From: Escherichia coli
GTDB lineage: Bacteria; Pseudomonadota; Gammaproteobacteria; Enterobacterales; Enterobacteriaceae
Reading direction: 5' to 3' (one strand)
Assembly: GCF_003334355.1 (NCBI RefSeq)
Contig: NZ_QOWP01000010.1
Length of the DNA: 64,000 nt
Shown: positions 12,448-23,077 of the stretch, one piece after another
Layout: each line of letters begins with the position of its first letter
Position numbering within the stretch: the first letter of the stretch is position 1
Position numbers and translations under genes: made by a program
Notes under the pieces: model-generated
Seen by the model: only the letters and a program-made list of their open reading frames with translations
The model's database searches: none
Told to the model about the DNA's origin: nothing

Positions 12448-14628
12448 TTACTCTTTCTCGGAGTAACTATAACCGTAATAGTTATAGCCGTAACTGTAAG
12501 CGGTGCTGGCGCGTTTAATCACACCATTGAGGATAGCGCCTTTAATATTGACGCCTGCCTGTTCCAGACGCTGCATTGACAAACTCACCTCTTTGGCGGT
12601 GTTCAAGCCAAAACGCGCAACCAGCAGGCTGGTGCCAACAGAACGCCCCACGACCGCGGCATCACTCACCGCCAGCATCGGCGGCGTATCGACAATCACC
12701 AGATCGTAATGGTCGTTCGCCCATTCCAGTAATTGACGCATCCGATCGCGCATCAGCAGTTCAGACGGGTTAGGTGGCACCTGACCGCGAGTAATCACAT
12801 CAAAGCCTCCTTTGCCAAAATGCTGGATCACTTTGTTGAGCTCATCTTTACCTGCCAGATATTCCGACAAGCCATGTTCATTACTCACGGTAAACAGGTT
12901 ATGCGAATAACCACGGCGTAAGTCGGCATCAATAAATAACACTTTTTGATCGGACTGGGCGATCACCGCTGCCAGAGTTGAACTGACAAACGTTTTACCA
13001 CCGTCTGGCGTCGCACCGGTGATCATCAGAATGTTATTCTCCGTCTCCATCATAGCGAAATGCAGACTGGTTCGTAGCGCACGTACGGCTTCCACAGCAG
13101 AATCCGCCGGGTTATCCGCCGCCAGGAAGGGGATATTTTTAGTACGATGGCGCTGCTGATTAGAAAATAAATTTTTCTTACGCAGACGGGTGCGTTTATC
13201 CAGCCACTCGGACATTGGGATAGTGGCATAAACGCTGATGCCGTGCTCTTCCAGTTGTTCCGGGGCTTCTACACCACGACGCAACATCGCACGCGCCAGC
13301 ACGGCACCCACAGAAATAAACAGGCCAAGAATAAAACCAAGCACCACGTTCAACGCTTTTTTCGGTTTCACTGGCTGCGGCTGAGTGACTGCCGGGTCGA
13401 TAATCCGCACGTTACCAATGGCACTGGATTTCGAAATACTCAACTCCTGCTGGCGGTTAAGTAATTGCAGATATACCGCACGGCCCGCTTCTACGTCACG
13501 ACTTAAACGCAACACTTCCTGTTGGGTGGAAGGCATTGCCGATACCCGCTTATTCAGGCGTTTGCGTTCTTGCTCCAGCGTCTGGCGTTTTTCCAGCAGC
13601 GCACGATAAGTTGGGTGATCTTTCTTATACAGCTGGGAGATCTCTGCCTCGCGGAAGGTCAGCTCATTGAGTTGATTATCAACGTTCACAATCTGCTCAA
13701 GAACGGCTTTGGCTTCCAGGTTAAGGTCAACCGAATCGCGCTGCTGGCGATAAACGTTGAGTTTTTCTTCCGCTTGGTCCAGCTCGCTGCGCACTTCAGG
13801 TAACTGGCGCTGTAAGAATTCAAGGCTTTGTGAATCCTGCGCCGCCTGGCGAGCGATATTCTGTTGCAAATAGTTGTTAGCGATGCTGTTCAGAATACGA
13901 GTAATCAACTGGGGATCATCACCAGTCATGGTAAGTTCCAGCATCCCGCTTTCTTTACTGCGTTCGCTAACGGTAAAGGTTTCCTGCAATGCGTTAATCG
14001 CTTCCAGTTCGGTACGCTGGCTCAGGACAAACTGTGTTCCTGGTTTGGCCTTAATGTCCGCGATAGTCAGCGCAACGCCATCTTTTTCCAGACGCTGGCC
14101 GACCATACCATTGACGGTGAACTCTTCACCTTCCAGTGTATAGTGGCCGTTTTCCCCAACCGTGAGTGTCAGTTGCTGATCCTGACCATTCAGTTGTGGA
14201 ATATGCATCCAGCTGATCGCCAGCTCACCTGGTTTTTCTTTGGTTAATCTCGCCCAGCCGCGACCCACAATCGGAAAATACTTCTGCTCAACTATGTCGC
14301 GCAGATTCAGTTCAGCAATGGTTTTACCGAGAATCATGCGCGATTGCAGCAGTTGGATCTCCGGTGCAGACTCGGGCGATGAGTTAGGGATCATATCGCT
14401 CAGGCCGCTGAGAATGGCGTTGCCCTGTTTTTGCTCAACCTGGACCAGAGTATCTGCCTGATAAATTGGTGTGCTTAACAGCGAGTAAGCGACAGCGATC
14501 AGCGTGAATAACGCGGTCACGCTGATAATAAACTTACGGTGATCCCATAACTCGCCGACCAGACGAAGCAGATCGATCTCATTTTCCTGAGTGCTGCCTG
14601 GTGGCGTATTCATATTTTTAGTTGTCAT
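12448..14628 (-). CDS. etk: BY-kinase (protein-tyrosine autokinase, Wzc paralog) of the group 4 capsule locus, 726 aa; C-terminal Tyr-rich tail YSYGYNYYGYSYSEKE
   Basis: Full ORF on minus strand; Walker A GATPDGGKT and C-terminal tyrosine cluster visible. Confidence 0.93.
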   Translation of the reverse strand: MTTKNMNTPPGSTQENEIDLLRLVGELWDHRKFIISVTALFTLIAVAYSLLSTPIYQADTLVQVEQKQGNAILSGLSDMIPNSSPESAPEIQLLQSRMILGKTIAELNLRDIVEQKYFPIVGRGWARLTKEKPGELAISWMHIPQLNGQDQQLTLTVGENGHYTLEGEEFTVNGMVGQRLEKDGVALTIADIKAKPGTQFVLSQRTELEAINALQETFTVSERSKESGMLELTMTGDDPQLITRILNSIANNYLQQNIARQAAQDSQSLEFLQRQLPEVRSELDQAEEKLNVYRQQRDSVDLNLEAKAVLEQIVNVDNQLNELTFREAEISQLYKKDHPTYRALLEKRQTLEQERKRLNKRVSAMPSTQQEVLRLSRDVEAGRAVYLQLLNRQQELSISKSSAIGNVRIIDPAVTQPQPVKPKKALNVVLGFILGLFISVGAVLARAMLRRGVEAPEQLEEHGISVYATIPMSEWLDKRTRLRKKNLFSNQQRHRTKNIPFLAADNPADSAVEAVRALRTSLHFAMMETENNILMITGATPDGGKTFVSSTLAAVIAQSDQKVLFIDADLRRGYSHNLFTVSNEHGLSEYLAGKDELNKVIQHFGKGGFDVITRGQVPPNPSELLMRDRMRQLLEWANDHYDLVIVDTPPMLAVSDAAVVGRSVGTSLLVARFGLNTAKEVSLSMQRLEQAGVNIKGAILNGVIKRASTAYSYGYNYYGYSYSEKE

Positions 14629-14647
14629 CGTATTTTATAAACTCAAA

Positions 14648-15094
14648 TTACCGGCTGAGGCGCTTCGCCCATTCCTGACTGGCGCGCTCCAACATACCGT
14701 AGACATGTTCAAATGCGTCCTGACTTTTACGATAGGGATCCGGGATCTCTTTCTGTTCCAGCCATTGCCCAAACAGCATTGTCTTCCCGCGGACCTCGGG
14801 AGCAATTGCGGTAACCTGAGCAATATGTTCCGACTCCATTGCCAGAATCAGATCGTAATTTCGTGCCATCTCAGCAGTGAGCTTACGTCCGGCATGTCCT
14901 TCAAGAGATACGCCATGATTAGCGGCAACATCTGCCGCTGTCGCATCTGCAGGGTGTTTTACCAGACCATGAACACCTGCCGATTTGACTTTTACGCCCG
15001 GCAGACGTTTACGCAGCAAGCGCTCGCCAATGGGCGAACGGCAAATGTTGCCGGTACAAACCACCAGGATTGAGTTAAATTTTAGTTGGGCCAT
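14648..15094 (-). CDS. etp: low-molecular-weight protein-tyrosine phosphatase (CTGNICRS active site), 148 aa
   Basis: ORF 14648..15106; known N-terminus [21 protein letters not shown] at start 15094. Confidence 0.92.
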
Positions 15095-16221
15095 GTTTGA
15101 ATCCACCGTGAAGTCTCTGTCAGGTCATGCACCCCGGAAATCGTCGGTACCAGCAGAGAAATCACACGGTTCCAACGAGCCAGCGGCGCGGTAGTGACAT
15201 AAACAATGTCGTAAGGTTCAAGCTGGAATTCCGTTCCGAGTATCATTGCCGATGCGTCCTTCGCATTCAGCTGATAAATATTGGCGATTTTGCCATTCTG
15301 CTTGTTTTGCGTTGCACGAATAACAAAAATCCCCGTCGCATCAGCGACATCCTGATTCATACCCTCAGCGTTACCCAGCGCTTCCGCCAGGGTCATACCG
15401 CTGCGGTCCATTTTCAGCGTGCTCTGTTTACCCACTTCACCCATCACGAAGACTTTCAGATCATCGTTGCGCGGAATAAATAAAATATCGCCCGGGTGCA
15501 GCAGTTTGTTCTGGCGCAAGTCGCCACGCTGCATCAGCGCATAGAGGTTCACTTTGGTCTTTACGCCATTCTGGGTGAGCACCACGTTGCGCCAGTCTGC
15601 ATCTGCGGTCAGACCGCCCGCGGCGTTAATCGCATCCATGATGGTCAGAGGAATATTGGTAATCGGCTGCTGACCCGATTTGCTGACTTCGCCGGTGACG
15701 TACGCTTTTTGCGATCGGAACGCCGCGACGCTGACATCGACTTGCGGGCTTTCAATGACTGAATCGAGACGCGCTGTAATCTCGTTGCGTACCTGGGTAA
15801 GTGTTTTCCCGGCCACTTTCAGGCGACCAATATAGGGGTAGAAAATCGCACCATCGGCGTTAACCCAGTTGCCGGTATCACTGGCGCTACGGTATTGCCC
15901 TGCGGGGGTGGTTAGTTCCGGGTGATCCCAGACCGTAACCATCAACACATCACCAATCCCGATACGATATTCATAGTTTGCGATTTGCTGCTCCAGCTCC
16001 GGGTTAGCCTGCGACATAATCGGTTTGGCGCGCAACTGATCAATCAATCCTGGCGTGACGGGATAGATATTGACCATTTTGTCCAGGTCATACTGATTGT
16101 CAGGTAGTTCAATGACATCCTTGTTACTGGTCGATAAATTCTGACCAGGAACAAGGGTACATGCTGTCAAAGACAGAACAGCCAATGTCAGTACCGAAAA
16201 CTTAAAAATGTTCTTTTTCAT
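15082..16221 (-). CDS. gfcE: Wza-like outer membrane polysaccharide export lipoprotein, 379 aa
   Basis: ORF 15082..16242; N-terminus [21 protein letters not shown] (lipobox) at start 16221. Confidence 0.92.
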
Positions 16222-16266
16222 TGGTTTATATTTATCAGTCAATGTAATGTTATGAATTACGTCAGG

Positions 16267-18363
16267 TTATTGTCCAACCGGTACTTCTCGCTCTGCCGTC
16301 ATTGGATAGAGCTGGTATTTGCGTGACAGCATTTGTCCACCATCACGCGTCAATGGTGTCCACGAAACCACCGCGCGGTTGCGGTTAGGTCCAATGGTCA
16401 TCAAGTCGAATGGAATCGAGATATAAAAACCTTTACTAAAGCCGCCTTCGCCGTAGTCATCTTTAGATACGTTACTGATTGCCGCCCATATCCCTACCGC
16501 CACGCCGCTGTCAAAGCGTTTGGCGACGTCGATCGTTGCGCCTTTATCTTTTGCCAGATATTGCCCAACGCTAAGTTTCATCAGTACGCCATTGAGCGTC
16601 GGCGGGTTCCAGTAAGCCGTCACGAAACCTGTTGGCGTGGAATAATCGGTGAAACGCATCATGTTGTCCCAGTCACGTTGCTTCACGTAGTTAACGTCCA
16701 CACCCAGCGCCCAGCAGGCATCTAGCGGGCGATAAAGCAGCTCGGAACCGACACCGGCGTACATCGTTTCCAGATAACCGCCATACACCTGGCCATAGAA
16801 ACCATTGCCTAAGTCAGCAAAATAGTTCGCCTGCAAGTTGTTGAGATAAACGTCATTGCGAACGTAGTCACGGATATGCGTGCGCACGCGGGGCAGGGTA
16901 GAGTCCGCGGGCAACAGCGAAGACTTAAACTTGTCGTAGTTGTTGTAAATATTGGTGAAAATACCGCCATCAAGCAGCAGGTGGTCGGTAAACCAGTAGC
17001 GGGCACTGGACATCAGCCCCAGCTGGAACATATAGAAATCTTCCGGGCCGCCCAGCGACTGTGAAAGTGTTGGGTTGAAAGAGTAGCTAAAGCGATCTTC
17101 ACGAATACGGTAGCCCCGACCAAAGGCAGAAAGATCTTCTGCTTCAACACGTTGTTGTTGAAGTTGCTCTGATTGACCAGGCGCTGTACCAGCCAGCTGT
17201 TTGCGCAGGCTGGCTACGTCGGTTTCGGTAGTCACCATCGCCATATGCTCGCGCTTTTGCGTCACGCTAATCTTCTCAACGCCTTGCGGCAGGTTATTCA
17301 CCAGAATCCGGTTGGCACGATCGACCGCTTCGCGAGAATCACGGTATTTGTATTGTTGACCAGACATATACAGCGTCTTATCGCGCAGCTGAATTTCCGG
17401 TGCTTCAAAACCTGCGTTGTACTTCAGCGCGGTAAGTTGGTTCGCTACTGTGGTGTACTGCAATCCTTCAGATTCAGGCGCAGGTTGATATGCCGGTTTT
17501 GGCGTATCGCGCAGGGCAGGGCGCAGATCGTTGAAATTGGTCCGTAACGTGAAGCCAAACATCAACGCGTTACCGCGTTCATAACTCAGGTTGAGATCTG
17601 CCCAGCTGGCAGCGCGATAAACTGCGCCGACGTTGAAATGGCTTGCCTGAGGCAGTTTGCCAGCGAAATCATTCTGGTAATTGTTGCCATCGTATTCGAG
17701 TTTCAGACGCAGGGGATTCCACGGCGTTTGATACTCAATGCCGCCAAAGATGGAAGCCGGGCCACGAAAGATATCGCTAAAGCTGATATCGCCCGCATCG
17801 TGAGACTCTGCGCGATGACAATATTTATCGCTCACCCGGCAAAACGGGTTGGTAATATTGCCCGCATTACCGGCGTAGCCCCATGCCATCCCGAGGGTGA
17901 AATCAAATGGCCCCGCTTGCTTGCTGGCCACCAGATACTCACCTTCAAACAGACCCGTACCAGCAATATCACGTTTACCAAACGCCACTTGCGGTAGCCA
18001 GTAACCTTCTTCCCACAGGCGAAGTTTAAAATCGAATGATTTGTCTTTGTATGACTGATCGCCGCTGAAATCTTCCCACTGGCTATATTTGCGTGTGCGC
18101 ACATCCGTATAACGAATGGTGCCTTCCAGCCATGGGAACAGCGCCACGGAGGTGGAGTAGAACCGGTATTGATCGTTATCCCGGTAGTTGACGCTGAATT
18201 CACCTTCCGGTGCGATGCGCGCATTTGGCATCTGCAACAATCCTGTGCCGCCAAAGTCTGATTGCGACGAACCCAGCGGATCCGGGTAGGTTAATACTTC
18301 AGCATGACAGGCACTGGAGACGGCAATGGCCAGGCAGCTTAAAAGATAAGAATTCTTCTTCAT
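16267..18363 (-). CDS. gfcD: group 4 capsule outer membrane beta-barrel protein GfcD (YmcA), 698 aa
   Basis: Full [24 protein letters not shown]..., signal peptide. Confidence 0.92.
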   Translation of the reverse strand: MKKNSYLLSCLAIAVSSACHAEVLTYPDPLGSSQSDFGGTGLLQMPNARIAPEGEFSVNYRDNDQYRFYSTSVALFPWLEGTIRYTDVRTRKYSQWEDFSGDQSYKDKSFDFKLRLWEEGYWLPQVAFGKRDIAGTGLFEGEYLVASKQAGPFDFTLGMAWGYAGNAGNITNPFCRVSDKYCHRAESHDAGDISFSDIFRGPASIFGGIEYQTPWNPLRLKLEYDGNNYQNDFAGKLPQASHFNVGAVYRAASWADLNLSYERGNALMFGFTLRTNFNDLRPALRDTPKPAYQPAPESEGLQYTTVANQLTALKYNAGFEAPEIQLRDKTLYMSGQQYKYRDSREAVDRANRILVNNLPQGVEKISVTQKREHMAMVTTETDVASLRKQLAGTAPGQSEQLQQQRVEAEDLSAFGRGYRIREDRFSYSFNPTLSQSLGGPEDFYMFQLGLMSSARYWFTDHLLLDGGIFTNIYNNYDKFKSSLLPADSTLPRVRTHIRDYVRNDVYLNNLQANYFADLGNGFYGQVYGGYLETMYAGVGSELLYRPLDACWALGVDVNYVKQRDWDNMMRFTDYSTPTGFVTAYWNPPTLNGVLMKLSVGQYLAKDKGATIDVAKRFDSGVAVGIWAAISNVSKDDYGEGGFSKGFYISIPFDLMTIGPNRNRAVVSWTPLTRDGGQMLSRKYQLYPMTAEREVPVGQ

Positions 18364-19109
18364 CAGTCAGGAACACGTTGCGTTAAAACAGACACAATCT
18401 GGTCATTTAAATCAGCATATTTTTCGGGCAGTACATGCGCAGAAAAGCCCAACCAAAGCTGGCTGCCAGGCGGTGGTTCCACATGTCTTTTATTCCACAG
18501 GGCAACAGGGGCGACGACAGTCTCACCCTCAGGCGTAATCACCATAACGTTATTCTTGTCCGCGCCTGCAAGGCGGGGGTGATCTTGCAGATAATCGGTA
18601 ACGCTACGGCCTGCCTGCCAGGGCAATTGCCCGGCCCCAGAAACCGCACCCAGCAGAGTAATAGTCACCGGACGCTGTACGGTATAGAGCGTATAGTCCC
18701 CGACCAACGGGGGATTGCTGTTCTCATCCACTCGTACAAAATCAGGGTCCAGTTTGACCGGTAAGCGACCAGTGATATTGAGATTGAGTAACTGCTGGCG
18801 CACGGATTTAATCGTTGCCGCCACATCGTCGTCAGCTTCTGCTTCCCAGGAAGCAAGCTGTGCCATGACATGTTGGTAGTCTTTAAGCGCTTTAGCTTTC
18901 GCCGCAGAGTCGGTCAGCAAGGCACCAGGCCACCAGAGGCGATCGCGCAGTTGCGGTTGTGTCACCAACTGGACAACATTTTCCATGGGGCCAACGGAAA
19001 GTGTCTGTTGTTCGCCAGGCAGATAAATAGTCACCGTTCCTTGCGCAAAGGCATGGGGTGTCATTACGTAAAGTACGCTGGCAATGAAATACGACTGTAA
19101 TTTATTCAT
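18363..19109 (-). CDS. gfcC: group 4 capsule periplasmic protein GfcC (YmcB), 248 aa
   Basis: Full [30 protein letters not shown]..., stop overlaps gfcD start. Confidence 0.9.
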   Translation of the reverse strand: MNKLQSYFIASVLYVMTPHAFAQGTVTIYLPGEQQTLSVGPMENVVQLVTQPQLRDRLWWPGALLTDSAAKAKALKDYQHVMAQLASWEAEADDDVAATIKSVRQQLLNLNITGRLPVKLDPDFVRVDENSNPPLVGDYTLYTVQRPVTITLLGAVSGAGQLPWQAGRSVTDYLQDHPRLAGADKNNVMVITPEGETVVAPVALWNKRHVEPPPGSQLWLGFSAHVLPEKYADLNDQIVSVLTQRVPD

Positions 19110-19750
19110 GGTGCGGGTTTAAGAAACGTCATTTCTACGGGAATAACCCCTGCGCCTAACATTTGCCGACTTTGACGAACCTGGCCAGTAGCCGAATCGA
19201 CCCAGAATGTGTTTTGCCACTGTTTTTCTGGCCGCGTGGAAGTCACCTCTTCCTGCCAGACATTACACAGCACATTACGACCCGCAATATTCAGCGTCTC
19301 TAATCCAGCAAAGGAAAAAGTAGAACTCAGGGTCGCAGAGCGAAAATGGTTGTCTTCACTCCAGAGAATATCGCGCGTCCAGCGGCTGCCATCTTTTATT
19401 GCCAGCGCGTTACGCAGAGGGTCCTGCCCGGAATTTGTCACTTCCAGCAGATTATTATTAAGTTTGACGGTTTTTAAAAGACGTCCATTGTGGGTAACCA
19501 GCATGGCGTTATCCTGGGATAACCATTTGCTTTGTTCTTGTTCTATATATCCCAGTACCACAAAGATTCGTTGCCCTTCATTAAGGCGTAAATACATAGT
19601 GGAATAAGGCAACGCCTGGATCTGCTGATCCGCTACGGTGATATCCTGATTATCGAAAAGGCTGGCGCGAAATGTATCGACCATACTTTGCTGGCTGTGC
19701 GTACATCCCGCAAGAAATAGTGCGAAAATCGATAAAATAAGAGGGCGCAC
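19106..19750 (-). CDS. gfcB: group 4 capsule lipoprotein GfcB (YmcC), 214 aa
   Basis: Full ORF MRPLILSIFALFLAGCTHS... (lipobox LAGC). Confidence 0.9.
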   Translation of the reverse strand: MRPLILSIFALFLAGCTHSQQSMVDTFRASLFDNQDITVADQQIQALPYSTMYLRLNEGQRIFVVLGYIEQEQSKWLSQDNAMLVTHNGRLLKTVKLNNNLLEVTNSGQDPLRNALAIKDGSRWTRDILWSEDNHFRSATLSSTFSFAGLETLNIAGRNVLCNVWQEEVTSTRPEKQWQNTFWVDSATGQVRQSRQMLGAGVIPVEMTFLKPAP

Positions 19751-19856
19751 CTTTAATCCTTGAAAGGTTAATTAAAAAAATGCAAATCTCTAAAGCCCGG
19801 TACGAATATCGCAACCGGGTATCATTTAACTTTAATTTCGACGCGTTAAAGCAGTA

Positions 19857-20165
19857 TTAGCGTGTAGTGGACGTGGTGGTTGAGGTGTTATGAGAACCGC
19901 CATCGCCACTGTCATTTGCTGCAACAACTGCCAACGTCGCCACACCAACAGCCGTTGCCACACCGACAACTGTCGCCGTGCCGACAGCGCCAGCAGCCAC
20001 GCCACCAGTGGTAGTAGCAGCAGTCGTGGTTGCGCCGGTAGTGGTCGTTGTGGTGCCAGTAGTACCCGTCGTTGCATCGGTCCCGTTTGTTGCTTCAGGG
20101 GCAGCAAACGCAGCTGGCGTCGTCAACATGAAGGCCATAAGGATTGCAGAAAGCTTGTGTTTCAT
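19857..20165 (-). CDS. gfcA: Thr-rich small secreted/membrane protein GfcA (YmcD), about 101 aa
   Basis: ORF 19857..20183; MKHKLSAILMAFMLTTPAAFA signal then threonine-rich low-complexity region; start at 20165. Confidence 0.85.
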   Translation of the reverse strand: MKHKLSAILMAFMLTTPAAFAAPEATNGTDATTGTTGTTTTTTGATTTAATTTGGVAAGAVGTATVVGVATAVGVATLAVVAANDSGDGGSHNTSTTTSTTR

Positions 20166-20606
20166 AACTTTTCCTTTATTCATCGCATGGACAATACGTA
20201 CGCTTGAGATCAGGATTGTCTACTTTGAGTATAACATCCTTGTGAAATCTCCCTTTCCTCATACCGCTTGCACTATATACTGCGGGTAGGAAAGGCGCGC
20301 AGAGGGAAATATAAGATTGTTAACTATCCCCCTCTGGAAATACGACTTGTGAGCATAAGATAAATCTTAGCAAAATACGAATTAAAGATAAGGAAATTGT
20401 TACGAAAGCTATTAATTATTGTTGGTAATATAGTTTTAAGTGGTACTATAACTGGCTGTTAAATGGCATTTATAACTATTAGGTGCAGAGATATTCGCTT
20501 AAATGGATTAGTTTCTTTGTGGAAAAGTAACTGATGTTATAATGTATGATGTTGACTATTGCACTATTCCAATAAAACCAGTCAGCTTTAAACAAGCAGC
20601 GTCATA

Positions 20607-20819
20607 TTAAGAGAGATAAACATTTGCCGCTGTTGGTCCTCGCAGGCCATTTACGCGGCAAAATTCCACACGTAATCCTGGTATAAGCACTTCTGCGTCG
20701 CGGGGAGTGAATGCGGAAATATGGACCTGAACTTCTTTACGACCGTCGGAGGGGATAATGAATCCTTTGCCGCTTTTGCGATCAAAGGTTTTGACAATTC
20801 CTGTCATTTTACGGGACAA
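20607..20819 (-). CDS. cspH: CspA-family cold-shock-like protein CspH, 70 aa
   Basis: [40 protein letters not shown]... Confidence 0.9.
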
Positions 20820-21104
20820 ACAAATTCCTTACTGAAAATACTGCGCTGCACTATACGGGGTTAATAAAATAAAGCCAGCGATATTTAAGACCGCCGGACG
20901 GCTAAAATAAAATTTGCTTAATCTCAATTATCATGCGTTAATAGCTGCGTCGGTTTGAAAGACAGACAGCATACAAAGTAGTTTACTAAAGCAGTTCTCA
21001 TTATCAGGCATTATCCCCTTCTTTTGAGTCTCTCTCCTGAACACTAAGTAGTTTCTGTATTAAAGCCCTGTTTGCCGAAAGGCCCAAAATGAAGGAAGTA
21101 AAAT

Positions 21105-21317
21105 ATGTCTAATAAAATGACTGGTTTAGTAAAATGGTTTAACGCAGATAAAGGTTTTGGCTTTATCACTCCTGATGATGGCAGCAAAGACGTTTTCGTC
21201 CATTTCACCGCCATCCAGAGCAATGAATTCCGCACGCTGAACGAAAATCAGAAAGTTGAATTTTCTATTGAGCAGGGGCAACGTGGCCCCGCGGCAGCGA
21301 ACGTTGTTACGCTCTAA
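21105..21317 (+). CDS. cspG: cold shock protein CspG, 70 aa
   Basis: [41 protein letters not shown]..., strong RBS, long AT-rich 5' leader upstream. Confidence 0.92.
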   Translation: MSNKMTGLVKWFNADKGFGFITPDDGSKDVFVHFTAIQSNEFRTLNENQKVEFSIEQGQRGPAAANVVTL

Positions 21318-21516
21318 GGTTGCCATTATTACTCAACATCTCCATTTCCGCTGTCCATGTTGTCATGGTTCACAGTACCGCACATCGGCATTCGATGTGA
21401 CGGAGCGAAACCCTTTGGGCGCTAAGTGTATTTTTTGTAAATCGACGATGATCACCTTTGATAACGTCGCGCTGCAAATACGCACTGACCATGCGCCGCT
21501 GGATTTCACAAAATAA
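21256..21516 (+). CDS. ymcF: small Cys-rich (CPCC...CIFC zinc-ribbon-like) protein immediately downstream of cspG; true start uncertain, probably downstream of the cspG stop; ymcF assignment tentative
   Basis: Track ORF 21256..21516 ends [57 protein letters not shown]; position downstream of a csp gene matches the described small protein YmcF; no in-frame ATG between the cspG stop and the Cys motifs. Confidence 0.4.
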   Translation: MNFLLSRGNVAPRQRTLLRSKVAIITQHLHFRCPCCHGSQYRTSAFDVTERNPLGAKCIFCKSTMITFDNVALQIRTDHAPLDFTK

Positions 21517-21721
21517 TATCAGGCTCCCTCGTGGAGCCTTTTTTATATCTGCCTTATTTTTCTTCAACGCTGTATGTATAGTAAGCGATAACCTGTTGAT
21601 TATTGAATCTTTCGGGGAGATGGCTTATAACATTTCTTACCTGACCAGGGTACCGGGAACCAACACCTTACTGGCGTGTTGCTGTCTTTTAAGACCAGAA
21701 GAGGTTAACAGTGAATATTGA
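21491..21721 (+). CDS. ymcE: small protein YmcE (Sfa), 76 aa
   Basis: ORF 21458..21721; known N-terminus [25 protein letters not shown] at ATG 21491; 3' end overlaps the gnsA start. Confidence 0.5.
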   Translation: MRRWISQNNIRLPRGAFFISALFFFNAVCIVSDNLLIIESFGEMAYNISYLTRVPGTNTLLACCCLLRPEEVNSEY

Positions 21722-21884
21722 AGAGTTAAAAAAACAAGCCGAAACGGAAATCGCCGACTTTATCGCGCAAAAAATCGCCGAGCTGAACAAGAATACAGGG
21801 AAAGAAGTCTCTGAAATTCGCTTCACCGCACGAGAAAAAATGACCGGGCTTGAAAGTTATGATGTCAAAATCAAAATAATGTGA
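21711..21884 (+). CDS. gnsA: GnsA (secG/fabA suppressor; reported toxin-like small protein), 57 aa, GTG start
   Basis: Manual translation from GTG 21711: MNIEELKKQAETEIADFIAQKIAELNKNTGKEVSEIRFTAREKMTGLESYDVKIKIM; GAGGT RBS at 21701-21705. Confidence 0.85.
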   Translation: MNIEELKKQAETEIADFIAQKIAELNKNTGKEVSEIRFTAREKMTGLESYDVKIKIM

Positions 21885-21932
21885 TTTTGTGAACATCACC
21901 CCGTGCGAGGTGATGTTCCGCTTGTTGCTAAT

Positions 21933-23006
21933 TTAGTGACCAATCATTGGCGCTTGTGGAATTAAGCGTCGGTACAATTCCTCCGGCACCGGGCTTTGCC
22001 ATACTCCCGCATACATTGCGTAACCAATCACCGCGAACATAATCCCCAGAACCAGTAGCGTCATTAACCAGCCAGACAACGCAAAAGCTTTTTTATTTGC
22101 CGCAGGTTTTTGCAGTGAAAAGGTCAATGTTGAAGCTACCGGACATGACTCTACGCAAGTCATACAGCCGGTACATTCCACTGTTCGTACCTGAATTAAT
22201 TTATCTACCGGGATCCGTGATGGGCAATTTTTTGCGCATTTGCCACAGCCGATACAACTTTCGGCATTGCGACGAATCTTAAACGGCGATAATAGCGAAA
22301 CCACGCCCATCAGCGCGCCATATGGGCAAAGATAACGACACCAGGCATGGCGAATAAACAGGCTGGCAATCAGCAAAACGGTCACGCTGATTAATGTCGC
22401 GGTCCCCATATAACGAAAGAAATCGAGCATTTTAACGTCCATCACCACGCTGTAGGGCGACAACATAAAATAGTGAATCGCCTGAGCGGGCATCAATAAC
22501 GCGATATAGAGAAAAAAACTCAACAGCAAATACTTTACACCGCGCAGAGGAATATCCAGCCAGCGGGGAAGGACACATTGCCGACCAAACAGTTTGTTAC
22601 CGAGATCGCCGATTAATTCAGAAAGCGTACCAACCGGGCATAACCATGAGCAAAAGGCCTTTTTGAGTAATAGACTGATGACGATAAAAGCGACCAATAA
22701 CAGCATCGCGGCGGCGTGGACGGACGGTAACTGACCTGTTGTAAGGCTATATTTCAGATTCATCAGACCGGCAATCGGTAGCCAGCCTTCGATACCTCCC
22801 GGTCTGGCGACAAATGTCGTGCTACTTGCCGTTTCGTAATAGCGCACCCAATACCAGAACGTGATGGCAATATAAATATTCATTGCCAACAGTAATAATT
22901 GCGTCGCTTTACGCCAGGTCGTGGCATTGCGCCAGTCATTCCACGGTAATTTGCCGCCCGTCGTGCCTGGCCGCCGCTGCCAGCGGGTTCTTTTTTTCTC
23001 TGCCAT
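21933..23006 (-). CDS. yccM: 4Fe-4S ferredoxin-domain polytopic membrane protein YccM, 357 aa
   Basis: Full ORF with CxxCxxC ferredoxin motifs (CIGCGKCAKNCP, CTGCMTCVESCP). Confidence 0.9.
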   Translation of the reverse strand: MAEKKRTRWQRRPGTTGGKLPWNDWRNATTWRKATQLLLLAMNIYIAITFWYWVRYYETASSTTFVARPGGIEGWLPIAGLMNLKYSLTTGQLPSVHAAAMLLLVAFIVISLLLKKAFCSWLCPVGTLSELIGDLGNKLFGRQCVLPRWLDIPLRGVKYLLLSFFLYIALLMPAQAIHYFMLSPYSVVMDVKMLDFFRYMGTATLISVTVLLIASLFIRHAWCRYLCPYGALMGVVSLLSPFKIRRNAESCIGCGKCAKNCPSRIPVDKLIQVRTVECTGCMTCVESCPVASTLTFSLQKPAANKKAFALSGWLMTLLVLGIMFAVIGYAMYAGVWQSPVPEELYRRLIPQAPMIGH

Positions 23007-23077
23007 GATTTTGCCAGTCCGTTAAGTTGCATACCAAATGCCACTATTCTAGTTGTTCTTAACTGGCTGATATTGAT

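Noticed and set aside
19890-20289. Plus-strand ORFs (19890..20207, 19978..20289) and a minus-strand ORF (19832..20107) overlapping gfcA
   Set aside because: Artefacts of the triplet-repetitive Thr/Ala-coding DNA of gfcA, which stays open in several frames.
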